A stretch of DNA of 64,000 bases, taken from assembly GCA_964630205.1 (NCBI GenBank), contig CAZVTM010000002.1:31235-95234 (forward strand). Direction: 5' to 3'. A model generated the notes under the pieces. The model made no database searches. It had not been told where the DNA came from and worked only from the letters and a program-made list of their open reading frames with translations. A program made the position numbers and the translations under genes. The stretch comes from an uncultured Helicobacter sp. (GTDB lineage: Bacteria; Campylobacterota; Campylobacteria; Campylobacterales; UBA6016). This document shows positions 9,803-19,438 of the stretch, piece by piece. The stretch's first letter is position 1. Every line of letters begins with the position of its first letter.

Positions 9803-10413
9803 TGCTTGATGGCATATGCATCATACTCAGTGGGGGCAAAAGCTCTAGAATGAAAGAGGACGCCGGAATAGACAAGGCGTTCCTCGATTTTTACGGTAAA
9901 CCTCTTTACGCAAGACAATTCGAGAAGCTCTCTCGCATATTCACAAAGGTCTACTTGTCGGCAAAAAAACCAACCGATTACCTAGAAATACCTTCCGAAA
10001 ATATCATAGAAGATTTAACAAAAGTAGCGGGTATCGATACAAGCGCACTTTTCGCCCCTACTCTTGGGATGTTGAGTTCATTTGAAAGTACAAAAGCCAA
10101 AAAGCTATTTTTTATCGGGGTGGACACCCCTTTTATTTCGGAGAATTCAATTGGCAAAATAATATCGCACCCGGCAACACACAAAGCTGCAATGCATAAC
10201 GGAAAAATTCATCCGACCGTTGGAATGTACGACAAAAGTATTTGTAGCGAACTAACCGAGATGATAAAAAACGACAAGCACAAATTAACCCTGCTTTTAG
10301 AGAAAATCGGTACAATTTTCGTAGATTTAGATGACGGGGGCGAACTCGCCAACCTCAACAGATACGAAGATTATGAGAGGGCGATAAAAGATGGAGTTAA
10401 CCCATTTAGATGA
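9802..10413 (+). CDS. mobA: Molybdenum cofactor guanylyltransferase MobA
   Basis: N-terminal [10 protein letters not shown] nucleotide-binding motif, about 200 aa, adjacent to moaC. Confidence 0.85.
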   Translation: MLDGICIILSGGKSSRMKEDAGIDKAFLDFYGKPLYARQFEKLSRIFTKVYLSAKKPTDYLEIPSENIIEDLTKVAGIDTSALFAPTLGMLSSFESTKAKKLFFIGVDTPFISENSIGKIISHPATHKAAMHNGKIHPTVGMYDKSICSELTEMIKNDKHKLTLLLEKIGTIFVDLDDGGELANLNRYEDYERAIKDGVNPFR

Positions 10414-10864
10414 AAACAATCTGCCAAAAATGGTAGATGTCTCGGACAAAAACGAAACAGTTAGGGTCGCCGTAGCCAGCGGTACGATAAAAATGAGCCC
10501 TGAGGCGTATAAAGCGGTCAAAGAAGGGACCGCAAAAAAAGGACCTGTGCTTCAAACGGCAGTCATAGCTGCCGTAATGGGAGCTAAAAAAACAAGCGAA
10601 CTAATCCCCATGTGTCACCCACTGGCTCTATCCTCGGTCAAATGCGACATAGAAGAGATAGACGCTCTACCGGGATTTAAAATGTCTGTTACCGTCAAAA
10701 TGGAGGGGAAAACAGGGGTTGAGATGGAAGCTTTAACCTCAGTATCAACCGGACTGCTCACGATATACGACATGGTAAAAGCGATAGATAAAGGCATGGA
10801 AATCTCAGACATAAGACTGGAAAGCAAAGTCGGAGGCAAAAGTGGCGAATATATTAGAGGGTAA
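10391..10864 (+). CDS. moaC: Cyclic pyranopterin monophosphate synthase MoaC
   Basis: 157 aa with LTHLD...MVDVS..K..T.R.A.A, IPMCHPL and EMEALT motifs characteristic of MoaC. Confidence 0.93.
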   Translation: MELTHLDENNLPKMVDVSDKNETVRVAVASGTIKMSPEAYKAVKEGTAKKGPVLQTAVIAAVMGAKKTSELIPMCHPLALSSVKCDIEEIDALPGFKMSVTVKMEGKTGVEMEALTSVSTGLLTIYDMVKAIDKGMEISDIRLESKVGGKSGEYIRG

Positions 10865-11108
10865 AAAGCTAGAGCTTGAATATCCGGTATCGTGGCAGTA
10901 TAAGCTAATAGGCATGGATGAGGCTCAGATGCACGCAAAAACAGTCCATATACTAAAAGAAAAACCGTTTTCACTTACACCGTCCAACAAATCTTCATCC
11001 GGAAAGTTTGTCAGTCTCACATTGGATGTGCTAGTGTATAGCGACGATGAAAGACTTTATATTTATGAAGAACTACGAAAAGCAGAATGCATAAAGTACG
11101 TTCTGTAA
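10842..11108 (+). CDS. DUF493 (YbeD/HP0495-like) small protein
   Basis: 88 aa with a [11 protein letters not shown]-type N-terminus, as in the DUF493 family. Confidence 0.6.
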   Translation: MANILEGKKLELEYPVSWQYKLIGMDEAQMHAKTVHILKEKPFSLTPSNKSSSGKFVSLTLDVLVYSDDERLYIYEELRKAECIKYVL

Positions 11109-11153
11109 TCACTCCGGTGATATAATAAAAACAAGCTGAACATAAGGTATATA

Positions 11154-11861
11154 ATGAAAAAGTTAATATTGGCGTTTTTGGCATTAGCTTCATTTGCATT
11201 TGCCAAGGAGAGAGCCGAACTGACAATAACAAGTATAGATTCTGACGGCATGGGTGCTACGGCAAAAGGCGCAGATGTACAAAAAGGGGCAACCGGAATA
11301 GTTGTTACTACTATAGTCGGCAGTAAAGATGCCATAGTAGCGTCTGCAAAAGCGCTCAGCAGCGGCTCGGAAATAAAAATCAGATTTCAAACACTGACGG
11401 ACTTATCGCAGGATGCACTACCGAGAGCGCTTATTCTGCCGAAAGTGGGCGATAAAGTAATATTCTATCTTAACGATGAAAGAGCCGTAGTAATCGCTAA
11501 AAACCAAGCAGACTACCAAAAAGTAACGGCATCTGAGAATAAAATATGGATACACCCCGATCTTCTATCTGCACTACTCACAAAAGAGAGGGTCGGTGAG
11601 CCTGAAGCAAAACATTTTGCCTCTTTTTGCAAAATCTACTCTATTGGAACAATCTATTTTCCAATAAAAAACAAACTATACGTTACGGATTGTCAAAGTC
11701 TCGAGGTGCTTGAAGAGAGAGCTTTCGCATCTGAAAATTCAAAAGATTTCGAATCTCCTTTTTTCAAAAGAACCGGAGAAATTGAAACCGGATATATGGG
11801 GATGATGAAGGAAAAAGTTGAAGACTTCGACTCTTACTATTTAGCTCTAATCGGTAGATAA
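11154..11861 (+). CDS. Secreted hypothetical protein
   Basis: 235 aa with an N-terminal signal peptide (MKKLILAFLALASFAFA). It possibly resembles the N-terminal domain of the Helicobacter plasminogen-binding PgbA family, but that is not verifiable here. Confidence 0.6.
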   Translation: MKKLILAFLALASFAFAKERAELTITSIDSDGMGATAKGADVQKGATGIVVTTIVGSKDAIVASAKALSSGSEIKIRFQTLTDLSQDALPRALILPKVGDKVIFYLNDERAVVIAKNQADYQKVTASENKIWIHPDLLSALLTKERVGEPEAKHFASFCKIYSIGTIYFPIKNKLYVTDCQSLEVLEERAFASENSKDFESPFFKRTGEIETGYMGMMKEKVEDFDSYYLALIGR

Positions 11862-11863
11862 AA

Positions 11864-13246
11864 ATGCTGGATAAAAAACACATATCAACACTAAGGTCGA
11901 TAGTCGGCGAGGATAATTGCTTCGACGACAAAGCGCACCTAATAGCCTACTGCTACGATGCCACAAAAAACAGATACGAGCCTTCGGCTGTTGTATTCCC
12001 TAGATGCGAAGAAGATGTAAGCAAAGTCCTCAAATACTGCAACGATAACAAAATAGCCATCGTGCCAAGGGGTGCGGGTAGCGGATTTACCGGCGGTGCT
12101 CTGCCTGTAACCGGCGGTATCGTGCTTGCCTTTGAAAAGCATATGAATAAAATTCTAGAGATAGACACCAAAAACCTTGTAGCCGTAGTTCAGCCGGGGG
12201 TTGTCAACAAAGAGCTTCAAGAGGCGGTAGAAAAAGTAGGGCTGTTTTATCCACCTGATCCGGCAAGCCAGGAGTATAGCACGATAGGCGGCAACGTAGC
12301 GGAAAACGCTGGCGGTATGAGAGCGGCGAAATACGGCATTACAAAAGACTATGTAATGGCAATGAGGGCGGTCATACCAAACGGGGATATTATCAAAGCT
12401 GGTAAACGAACTATTAAGGATGTGGCTGGCTACAATCTATGCGGAATACTCGTAGGGAGCGAGGGGACGCTTGCGGTAACGACCGAAATAACGCTACGAC
12501 TCATCGCAAAACCAAAGATGACAAAAACGGCAATGGGCGTTTTCCCTACCGTTGAATCGGCGATGGAAGCGGTGTACAAGAGCTTTGCGGAGGGCATCAC
12601 CCCTGTCGCTATGGAGTTTTTGGACAACCTCACTATCAGAGCCGTCGAAGAGGTGCACAAAAAAGGGCTACCCGTAGATGCGGGTGCTATACTTATCACT
12701 GATGTGGACGGCAATCTTGAAGAAGACCTTGAGCTTCAAATGGGTGCCCTTGAGAGGGTATTTAAAGCAAACGGATGTAGCGATTTCGTACGTGCAAAGG
12801 ATGCAACGGAAGCTTCAAATCTATGGTTTGCAAGACGAAACGCATCTCAAAGCCTCAAAGTATACGGAAGCAAAAAGCTAAACGAAGACATCACCGTACC
12901 AAGAGCGGTACTGCCGGAGCTACTGGCCCAGTACAAAAAAGTAAGCGAAAAATACGGCTTTAATATCCCGTGCTTCGGTCACACCGGAGACGGCAACGTC
13001 CACACGAACGTCATGACCGACAAAAACGACCCGCACAAAGTAGAAATGGCGGAAAAAGCTATAGAAGAGATATTCCAAATAGCGATAGACCTAGGCGGCA
13101 CACTAAGCGGCGAACACGGTATAGGCGTATCCAAAGCCCCTTTTATGAAGATGGCGTTTACCGATGCCGAACTTGAGCTATTCCGCTCAATCAAAAGAGC
13201 GTTTGACCCAAATAATATACTAAATCCCGGGAAGATGGGGCTGTAG
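11864..13246 (+). CDS. glcD: FAD-linked oxidase (glycolate oxidase subunit GlcD / D-lactate dehydrogenase family)
   Basis: 460 aa. FAD-binding PCMH motifs (PRGAGSGFTGG, GGNVAENAGG) and C-terminal GTLSGEHGIG. Confidence 0.88.
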   Translation: MLDKKHISTLRSIVGEDNCFDDKAHLIAYCYDATKNRYEPSAVVFPRCEEDVSKVLKYCNDNKIAIVPRGAGSGFTGGALPVTGGIVLAFEKHMNKILEIDTKNLVAVVQPGVVNKELQEAVEKVGLFYPPDPASQEYSTIGGNVAENAGGMRAAKYGITKDYVMAMRAVIPNGDIIKAGKRTIKDVAGYNLCGILVGSEGTLAVTTEITLRLIAKPKMTKTAMGVFPTVESAMEAVYKSFAEGITPVAMEFLDNLTIRAVEEVHKKGLPVDAGAILITDVDGNLEEDLELQMGALERVFKANGCSDFVRAKDATEASNLWFARRNASQSLKVYGSKKLNEDITVPRAVLPELLAQYKKVSEKYGFNIPCFGHTGDGNVHTNVMTDKNDPHKVEMAEKAIEEIFQIAIDLGGTLSGEHGIGVSKAPFMKMAFTDAELELFRSIKRAFDPNNILNPGKMGL

Positions 13247-13249
13247 GCC

Positions 13250-14533
13250 TCAGATTCCAATAGATTTATAAAATCTCAAAGCCTCTCTATTCGCCTTGAT
13301 ATCCCGCTCATTTAGATTGCGAGCAAGTCTCAACCCCTCTACTCTGCGGCAACGGGACAAAGCAACATATGTTTGTCCGTCCGAAAATGCGCCGCTTCCC
13401 AAGTCCACGACCGCCGATTCTAGCGTCATACCTTGCGACTTATGTATCGTTACTGCCCAACCAAGTCCTAGCGGAAACTGCGAGAAAGTCCCTATTTCCT
13501 CTTTGTCGATTTTTTGATTTTTCTCATCATATGTGTAAGCGTATCTCTCCCAGCTCATCCGCCCCACCTCAAGCGCATCACCGCTTATATCGCTCCGTAC
13601 TAGCACGGTATCCGAACCCATCGAGATTATAGTCCCCGTGTCGCCGTTTATCCACCCTTTTTGCTTATTGTTTCGCAGGAATACTACTTTTGCGCCGACT
13701 TTTAGCTCCAGCCTCTCAGGCACGGTAAGCCGCCACCTATCGGCAGGCGTATCGCCGGTCACCTCCGCTTTGTATCCTCTGCTCTCCCCTGCGAGTTGTG
13801 CTAGTTTTCTCGTATTTATCGCATGTGCAGCGGCATTGGTAGCCACAAGCCACATTGGATTATTTAAATCGGTATGGGATTTGAGGCAGTTGCCGTTAAA
13901 ATAAGATAGCGCCTTTTGAGCATTCACTCCTTCGCGCACCCAGCCAAGAGCCTCGATAAACCCCACATCTTCTTGACGGCGCACCCTTGTCAGATGTACG
14001 GGCAGAATATCTATCTCATCAAATACGTCCGCAGAATAAAAAAACTGCGTCTCATACCGCTCGCTAAAATATATTCGCTCTTCATGCGTCGAAATTACAG
14101 GAGGCAACTGCAACAAATCACCGACAAATACGACAGATACACCTCCGAACGGCTCATCTTTTTTGCGGGTACGGCGAAGCATCACATCCATGGCATCCAC
14201 GATATTTGGGGTCACCATCGACGCTTCATCTATAATTAGAGTGTGCATCCTCTCGGCCACGGCTTTTGATTTTGGATTCAGTCTTAGTTTTTCACTCGGA
14301 TCTATATGGCGCGCCGGAAGGGCAAAAAACGAGTGTATCGTATCACCTCCGGCATTGATGGCAGCAGCCGCGGTCGGCGCCAATATAACACACTCTCTTA
14401 TGGATGAAGCAAGATAGCGTATCATAGTGGATTTACCGGTGCCGGCCTTGCCTGTCACAAAAATAGCATTTCCACCTATAACCGCAAGCTCTAATGCCTT
14501 TTTGTATTCGGGAATTATCTCTATTTCGTCCAA
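13250..14533 (-). CDS. PIF1/RecD-like SF1B DNA helicase
   Basis: Walker A GKAGTGKST, Walker B LIIDEASMV, GDLLQLPPV, TIHKSQGMTL and YVALSRC motifs. Convergent with glcD with only 3 nt between stops. Confidence 0.85.
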   Translation of the reverse strand: MDEIEIIPEYKKALELAVIGGNAIFVTGKAGTGKSTMIRYLASSIRECVILAPTAAAAINAGGDTIHSFFALPARHIDPSEKLRLNPKSKAVAERMHTLIIDEASMVTPNIVDAMDVMLRRTRKKDEPFGGVSVVFVGDLLQLPPVISTHEERIYFSERYETQFFYSADVFDEIDILPVHLTRVRRQEDVGFIEALGWVREGVNAQKALSYFNGNCLKSHTDLNNPMWLVATNAAAHAINTRKLAQLAGESRGYKAEVTGDTPADRWRLTVPERLELKVGAKVVFLRNNKQKGWINGDTGTIISMGSDTVLVRSDISGDALEVGRMSWERYAYTYDEKNQKIDKEEIGTFSQFPLGLGWAVTIHKSQGMTLESAVVDLGSGAFSDGQTYVALSRCRRVEGLRLARNLNERDIKANREALRFYKSIGI

Positions 14534-14537
14534 GCCG

Positions 14538-15821
14538 TCATTCCCAAGTAACCCTATTTCTTCCGTTTAATTTTGATTCGTACAATTTTTTATCGGCAAT
14601 AGCTACGTATATCTCTACTTTCGCCTCTTTTATATCCACTTCTGCAGCAGGGGATATCTCTATCGCCCCCATACTAACAGTTGTTTTTATCTCTTTTCCC
14701 TCAAACATACATACGGTATTTTGAAATGCCAGCCTTATCTCTTCTAGTTTGTTTTTGGCGTTTACTATATTTGTATTTGGAAGCAATATCGCAAACTCTT
14801 CGCCGCCGTAACGTATAATGACGTCAGAATCTCTAATCTTTGATTTTGCCGTTTTGACAAACTCTTTTAACATCATGTCTCCGGCAACATGGCCGTATGT
14901 ATCATTAAGATTTTTGAAATAATCCAAATCACACATAGCCAAAACAAAAGAAGTTGCCGTAGCCAAAGAGAGCTCATATTGATTTGCGAAAATATAAGAA
15001 AGGGAGTTACGATTCAGCGCTCCCGTCATCTCGTCTTTAGCTGCTTTTTTGATGATAAGAGTGTTGTCGATAAGTGCTAGTTCTGCGCCGATAGAAAGCG
15101 ATATCATTTCGCATTTTTCCAAATAACTCATAATAACGTTAAAATCTTTCGCCCTTTTGTCAAGCTGCTTGTTTATTACATTACCCAAATCATGAAGCGT
15201 TTTATGGATTCTCACTATTTCATTATATTTTGAATTATTCTTTATGACGGATTTTGCCTTGCCGCATAGCCATTTACCAAATTCACATAATCTTGGATTT
15301 AGCTCCGGTATTCTCGAGTTATCTAGTTTTTGAATGGCAATCGCCAAACTGCTTAGCCACGCCAAATGATCCTCGTAAAACCTTACAACGTTCTTTTCCA
15401 ACATATCTTTTAGGCTATTAGTCCTATATGTGTTGGCCTCTAAAAGTTTTTTGAGATAATCGTCTAAATATTGATAGGCGACTATATTTTCAATATCCAC
15501 ATAAAGCGAGTAAAGATCATATATCTCTGTTTTTGCCCAGCTTTTCAGCAAAATATCGGCTAACGTATTTTTCAAATAGGCTATTTCGTTTACAAGTACT
15601 ATATATGGGGTTTGCATGGCAATATTTAGCCTTGCCAGCTTCTCGTATTCAGTCACAAGCTTATGCCTGCTCCCCTCGACCGTAAACAACAATAAATTTC
15701 TAAAACTATGTTTTAGCAACTCCAGTCTTTTGGTGTCCATTTCGTACATATTTATGATGTACTTCTCCAAGAAATCTTCCATAATTTGGTCGATTTTTGG
15801 CTCTATATAGTTCCCTATCAT
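14538..15821 (-). CDS. Diguanylate cyclase with chemoreceptor zinc-binding (CZB) domain and I-site
   Basis: C-terminal GGDEF domain (RYGGEEF) has an RxxD I-site (RDSD) 5 residues upstream. The central segment HLAW...CEFGKWL...HKTLH matches the CZB 3His/1Cys motif. Confidence 0.85.
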   Translation of the reverse strand: MIGNYIEPKIDQIMEDFLEKYIINMYEMDTKRLELLKHSFRNLLLFTVEGSRHKLVTEYEKLARLNIAMQTPYIVLVNEIAYLKNTLADILLKSWAKTEIYDLYSLYVDIENIVAYQYLDDYLKKLLEANTYRTNSLKDMLEKNVVRFYEDHLAWLSSLAIAIQKLDNSRIPELNPRLCEFGKWLCGKAKSVIKNNSKYNEIVRIHKTLHDLGNVINKQLDKRAKDFNVIMSYLEKCEMISLSIGAELALIDNTLIIKKAAKDEMTGALNRNSLSYIFANQYELSLATATSFVLAMCDLDYFKNLNDTYGHVAGDMMLKEFVKTAKSKIRDSDVIIRYGGEEFAILLPNTNIVNAKNKLEEIRLAFQNTVCMFEGKEIKTTVSMGAIEISPAAEVDIKEAKVEIYVAIADKKLYESKLNGRNRVTWE

Positions 15822-15908
15822 CTTTTTTTCCTAGCAGAAAAGCAACTTAATTTTAAACCGATTATACGCAATATTTGCTACAATCAAAAAGATATAAAAG
15901 GCGTATTT

Positions 15909-17318
15909 ATGAACATACTACTTACAGGTGCAACGGGCTATATCGGCAGACGCCTAAAACATAGGCTTCTAAAAGAAAGCGACGTAAAATTGAGACTTTT
16001 TGTCAAAAAAGGGCAAAGCGTAAAAACCTCCGATACGGTAGAAATAGCTGAAGGTAGCACATTTGACCAAGAAAGCCTAGATAGCGCCCTAAAAAATATC
16101 GATACGGCATACTATCTCATCCACTCGATGGAGTCCAAAAACTACCGGGAACTAGACAAAAAAAGCGCGCAAAACTTCCTTGACTCCTGCATAAAAAACG
16201 GGGTAAAACGGATAATTTATTTGGGTGGACTCGGCGAAAAAGAGAGCGCAAGCGAACATTTACTTAGCAGGATAGAAACGGGAGAGATACTAAGTTCTCG
16301 TCCGGATGCCGTCCAGACGCTATGGTTTCGCGCGGGGGTCATCATAGGCTCAGGCTCCGCAAGTTTTGAGATAGTCCGCAACCTCGTTGAAAAGCTCCCT
16401 TTTATGATAACGCCGAAATGGGTAAATACCCTCTGTCAGCCGAGCGCAGAAGCAGACGTAATAGAGTATTTGGCAAATGCGTCAATACTGCAAAATAAAG
16501 AGAGTGCCATAATAGATATAGGCGGTGAGGCGATGAGTTACCGCGAGCTTTTGCTTGGATACGCTAGAGCCGTAGGGCTAAAAAGAGTCTTGATTCCCGT
16601 TCCTTTTTTCTCGCCGAAGCTCTCCTCGTATTGGCTTACCCTCATGACTCCCGTACCCTACTCCGTCGCATCGGCGCTTATCGAGGGGCTAAAAAGCGAA
16701 GCGGTAGTCAAAAACGATAACGCAAAAAAATATTTCCCCCACATCGTCCCGCTAGACTACGAAACCGCCGTCAAAAAAGCACTCGAAGACATCCAAAACT
16801 CTCAGATAATCAGCAGATGGTCGGATGCCTCAAAAGACGCATGGGAAAACGACCACTCCAAAATAGCGGAGGCGGTCTTTGTCGATAGGCAGAGTATCGA
16901 ACTGGGCGGCACCCCTCCGCAAAAAGTTTTTGAGACGATATCCGCCGTCGGGGGCGATAACGGGTGGTTCGGGTATGAAACCCTATGGCAAATCAGAGGG
17001 TTTATAGACAAGATAATCGGCGGATACGGCCTCTCCAGAGGGAGACGAGACCCGAAACATCTGAGGGTCGGGGATAGCGTAGACTTTTGGAAAGTGGTAG
17101 ATGTCAGGGAAAACGAGAGACTTTTGTTGTTTGCTCAGATGAAACTCCCCGGCAAAGCTTGGCTAGAGTGGACGATAAAAGACGGCAAACTCCACCAAAG
17201 CGCATATTTTTATCCGCACGGCCTCATGGGACGGCTATACTGGTACGCCATGGCACCGTTTCACCTGTTTATATTCGGCGGAATGGCAAAAAATATCATA
17301 AAAAAGGGTAAAAATTGA
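15909..17318 (+). CDS. NAD(P)-binding SDR-family protein with C-terminal DUF2867-like domain
   Basis: Start set at MNILLTGATGYIGRRL (Rossmann GxxGxxG). The track's longer start overlaps the divergent promoter region. TTGA overlap with pglA. Confidence 0.75.
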   Translation: MNILLTGATGYIGRRLKHRLLKESDVKLRLFVKKGQSVKTSDTVEIAEGSTFDQESLDSALKNIDTAYYLIHSMESKNYRELDKKSAQNFLDSCIKNGVKRIIYLGGLGEKESASEHLLSRIETGEILSSRPDAVQTLWFRAGVIIGSGSASFEIVRNLVEKLPFMITPKWVNTLCQPSAEADVIEYLANASILQNKESAIIDIGGEAMSYRELLLGYARAVGLKRVLIPVPFFSPKLSSYWLTLMTPVPYSVASALIEGLKSEAVVKNDNAKKYFPHIVPLDYETAVKKALEDIQNSQIISRWSDASKDAWENDHSKIAEAVFVDRQSIELGGTPPQKVFETISAVGGDNGWFGYETLWQIRGFIDKIIGGYGLSRGRRDPKHLRVGDSVDFWKVVDVRENERLLLFAQMKLPGKAWLEWTIKDGKLHQSAYFYPHGLMGRLYWYAMAPFHLFIFGGMAKNIIKKGKN

Positions 17319-18412
17319 AAATCGGCTTTCTCTCTCATCTGGATCTCAACCTGTATGCTTTTAGGCTCCCCGTCATATTGGAGTTAAAACGGCTAGGACA
17401 TACGCCGATAGCGATAGCGCCGGAGGGGGCTTATCTGCAAAAAATCAGAGAGACCGGAATAGAGTGCGTAACCTACGGTATAGAACGCAAAAGTCTAAAT
17501 CCCCTAAAAGAGATAAAAGCGATACAAAATATATATGAAGCGATAAAACCGCTAAATCTCGACATCCTTCACACGTTTACGGCAAAACCGAATATCTACG
17601 GAACGATAGCCGGACGGTTAGCCAAAGTGCCTCGTATCATAAATCTAGTAGAGGGGCTTGGGAGTTTTTATCTCGAAAACGACCTAAAAAGCAGAGTTGT
17701 CCGCACCCTCATAGAGCGGCTATACAAACAGATTTTCAGACTTTCAAACGCCGTAATGTTCGTAAACTCCGACGATCCGGAGTATATGAGCCGCAAAAAC
17801 ATTATAGACCCGAAAAAAATAGTCAAAATAAACGGTGTCGGGATAGACACAAAAGAGTGGAGCCGCAAAAAAGCCGCAAAGGAGCCGCTAACCGTCGTGA
17901 TGGTTGCCAGACTCATCAGGCACAAAGGGGTAATCGAATATTTACAGGCATCTCAAAATCTAAAAGAGAGATACGGGGATGTACGCTTTGTATATGTCGG
18001 CGGCGAGGATTTCGGCAACCATAGCGGACTGGGAAAAGAGATATTTGAAAACTACAAAGGGGTGGAGTATCTAGGCGAGAGGAGCGACATCAAAGAGCTG
18101 CTTGAAGATTCGCATATATTTGTACTCCCAAGCTACAGAGAGGGGCTGCCTAGAACCGCTTTGGAGGCTATGAGTATGGAGGTGGCGGTGGTCGGAGCCG
18201 ATGCGTGCGGGACTAGAGATGTCGTCCGAGACGGCAAAACAGGGCTTTTGGTTCCGGTAAAAGAGAGTCAGGCGCTTGAGGCGGCAATCGAAAAGCTGAT
18301 AACCGATGAAAAACTACGCAACAAACTGACAAAAACAGCCAGAGAGGTATGCGTAAAAGAGTACGACATAAAACCCATAGTAAAAGCACATTTGAGGGTT
18401 TACGGGATATAG
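17315..18412 (+). CDS. pglA: GT4 glycosyltransferase, PglA-like (first GalNAc transferase of N-glycan pathway)
   Basis: 365 aa, TTG start. It appears collinear with my recollection of C. jejuni PglA: MxIGFLSH..Y.FR.P, LVEGLGSFY, YLG.RSD..ELL....IFVLPSY.EG.P. Confidence 0.75.
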   Translation: MKIGFLSHLDLNLYAFRLPVILELKRLGHTPIAIAPEGAYLQKIRETGIECVTYGIERKSLNPLKEIKAIQNIYEAIKPLNLDILHTFTAKPNIYGTIAGRLAKVPRIINLVEGLGSFYLENDLKSRVVRTLIERLYKQIFRLSNAVMFVNSDDPEYMSRKNIIDPKKIVKINGVGIDTKEWSRKKAAKEPLTVVMVARLIRHKGVIEYLQASQNLKERYGDVRFVYVGGEDFGNHSGLGKEIFENYKGVEYLGERSDIKELLEDSHIFVLPSYREGLPRTALEAMSMEVAVVGADACGTRDVVRDGKTGLLVPVKESQALEAAIEKLITDEKLRNKLTKTAREVCVKEYDIKPIVKAHLRVYGI

Positions 18413-18688
18413 CAGCTTTTGAAAGCACGATATAACGCATCCCAAAAAGCGCATGATGCCTCTTTATCTCTTGCAAATCTGAGTTTTACCCATGCCTGCG
18501 ACAGCGCCGCATTTAAAAACAAAAATATTAAAAAGCTTATAATAAGATTATAATTATGCAAAAAAAGAATCACTTATTTTTTACACAATTTTATGCAATT
18601 GTAAGTGTGCGCCATATATAATGGTCGATCTCTGGTTATAGATAAAATAACTTGAGATATATTTATAAAGAACAAAAGGAGTCAGTGA

Positions 18689-19360
18689 ATGCTAAAGAAA
18701 GTTATTTTGGCCGGATTACTTGTAGTAAGCGGTGCCAATGCCGGAATGTTTGATTCTGTTGTCTCTGCTGTGGGGGGGGGTTCGACAGCAAAAGCTGTTG
18801 ACGGCAACGCCCTAGACTCTGTTATACAAAACTACTTTACGGCAAAAGCCCTATTACAAAAATCTTCAGAAGCCCTAAGCAAAGCTATACTTTCAAAAGA
18901 AGAATCCGGAAAATTCGAATCGGCACTCAAAGCGGCTGAATCCATCTCAGATCCAAAAGAAAAAGATGCAGCCATCAGCAAAGCCGTAAGCGATGTTCAA
19001 ACAGCCCTAAAAGCTGCTATAGAGTCCAAGCAAATTATAGAGCAAGTTAAAAAAGCCGATAAAAAAACAAGAGAACAGCTCGTCGTCGGCGGATTCAATT
19101 TTATACTGTCTGGACTCAAGTATAAAGATACTCTAACTAGTGCAAAAGATATGGTGTCTTCATTGTCGTCAAACCCTACCGCCGCAATGCAGTATACATC
19201 ACAACTCGGACAACTAAAAGATATGGTCGCAACACTTCCGGAAAACATAACATTGATAGCCACAATCGGAAGTAAATTGGTAGATTTGTACAAAGCCGGA
19301 AAAGTAAACTTTACAGCCCCTACAAGCAGCTCGCAAGCCCCAAAAGAAAGCAGTAAATAA
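18689..19360 (+). CDS. Secreted helical protein, putatively phase-variable (G9 tract)
   Basis: AAGGAG RBS and signal peptide MLKKVILAGLLVVSGANA. A G9 run at codons 28-31 is in frame as sequenced. No family recognised. Confidence 0.75.
   Translation: MLKKVILAGLLVVSGANAGMFDSVVSAVGGGSTAKAVDGNALDSVIQNYFTAKALLQKSSEALSKAILSKEESGKFESALKAAESISDPKEKDAAISKAVSDVQTALKAAIESKQIIEQVKKADKKTREQLVVGGFNFILSGLKYKDTLTSAKDMVSSLSSNPTAAMQYTSQLGQLKDMVATLPENITLIATIGSKLVDLYKAGKVNFTAPTSSSQAPKESSK
18772..18780 (+). repeat. Poly-G (G9) homopolymeric tract inside a CDS
   Basis: Direct read: tg-ggggggggg-ttc. G8 or G10 gives stop codons within about 15 codons. Confidence 0.9.
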
Positions 19361-19381
19361 CAAACTATAGATTTCCCTTTT

Positions 19382-19405
19382 CTGCCTTTTTGTGAAAAAA
19401 GGCAG
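19382..19405 (+). terminator. Hairpin after the first cassette gene (possible attenuating terminator)
   Basis: CTGCCTTTTT-gtga-AAAAAGGCAG forms a 10-bp perfect stem 20 nt after the stop. No clean 3' U-run, so strength is uncertain. Confidence 0.35.
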
Positions 19406-19438
19406 GAGAGCACACATCAAACAAATCAAGAGGTAAAG

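Noticed and set aside
12970-13176. Arg-rich 68-aa ORF and other alternate-frame ORFs within glcD.
   Set aside because: They are embedded in the glcD coding frame, which has strong FAD-oxidase motifs. The Arg-rich composition is a frame artefact of GC-rich codons.
18413-18688. The 276-bp AT-rich intergenic region upstream of the cassette as an sRNA or small-ORF locus. An ATG at about 18567 encodes MQKKNHLFFTQFYAIVSVRHI.
   Set aside because: It has no RBS, no terminator and no conserved structure that I can see. It is most simply the promoter region of the cassette.
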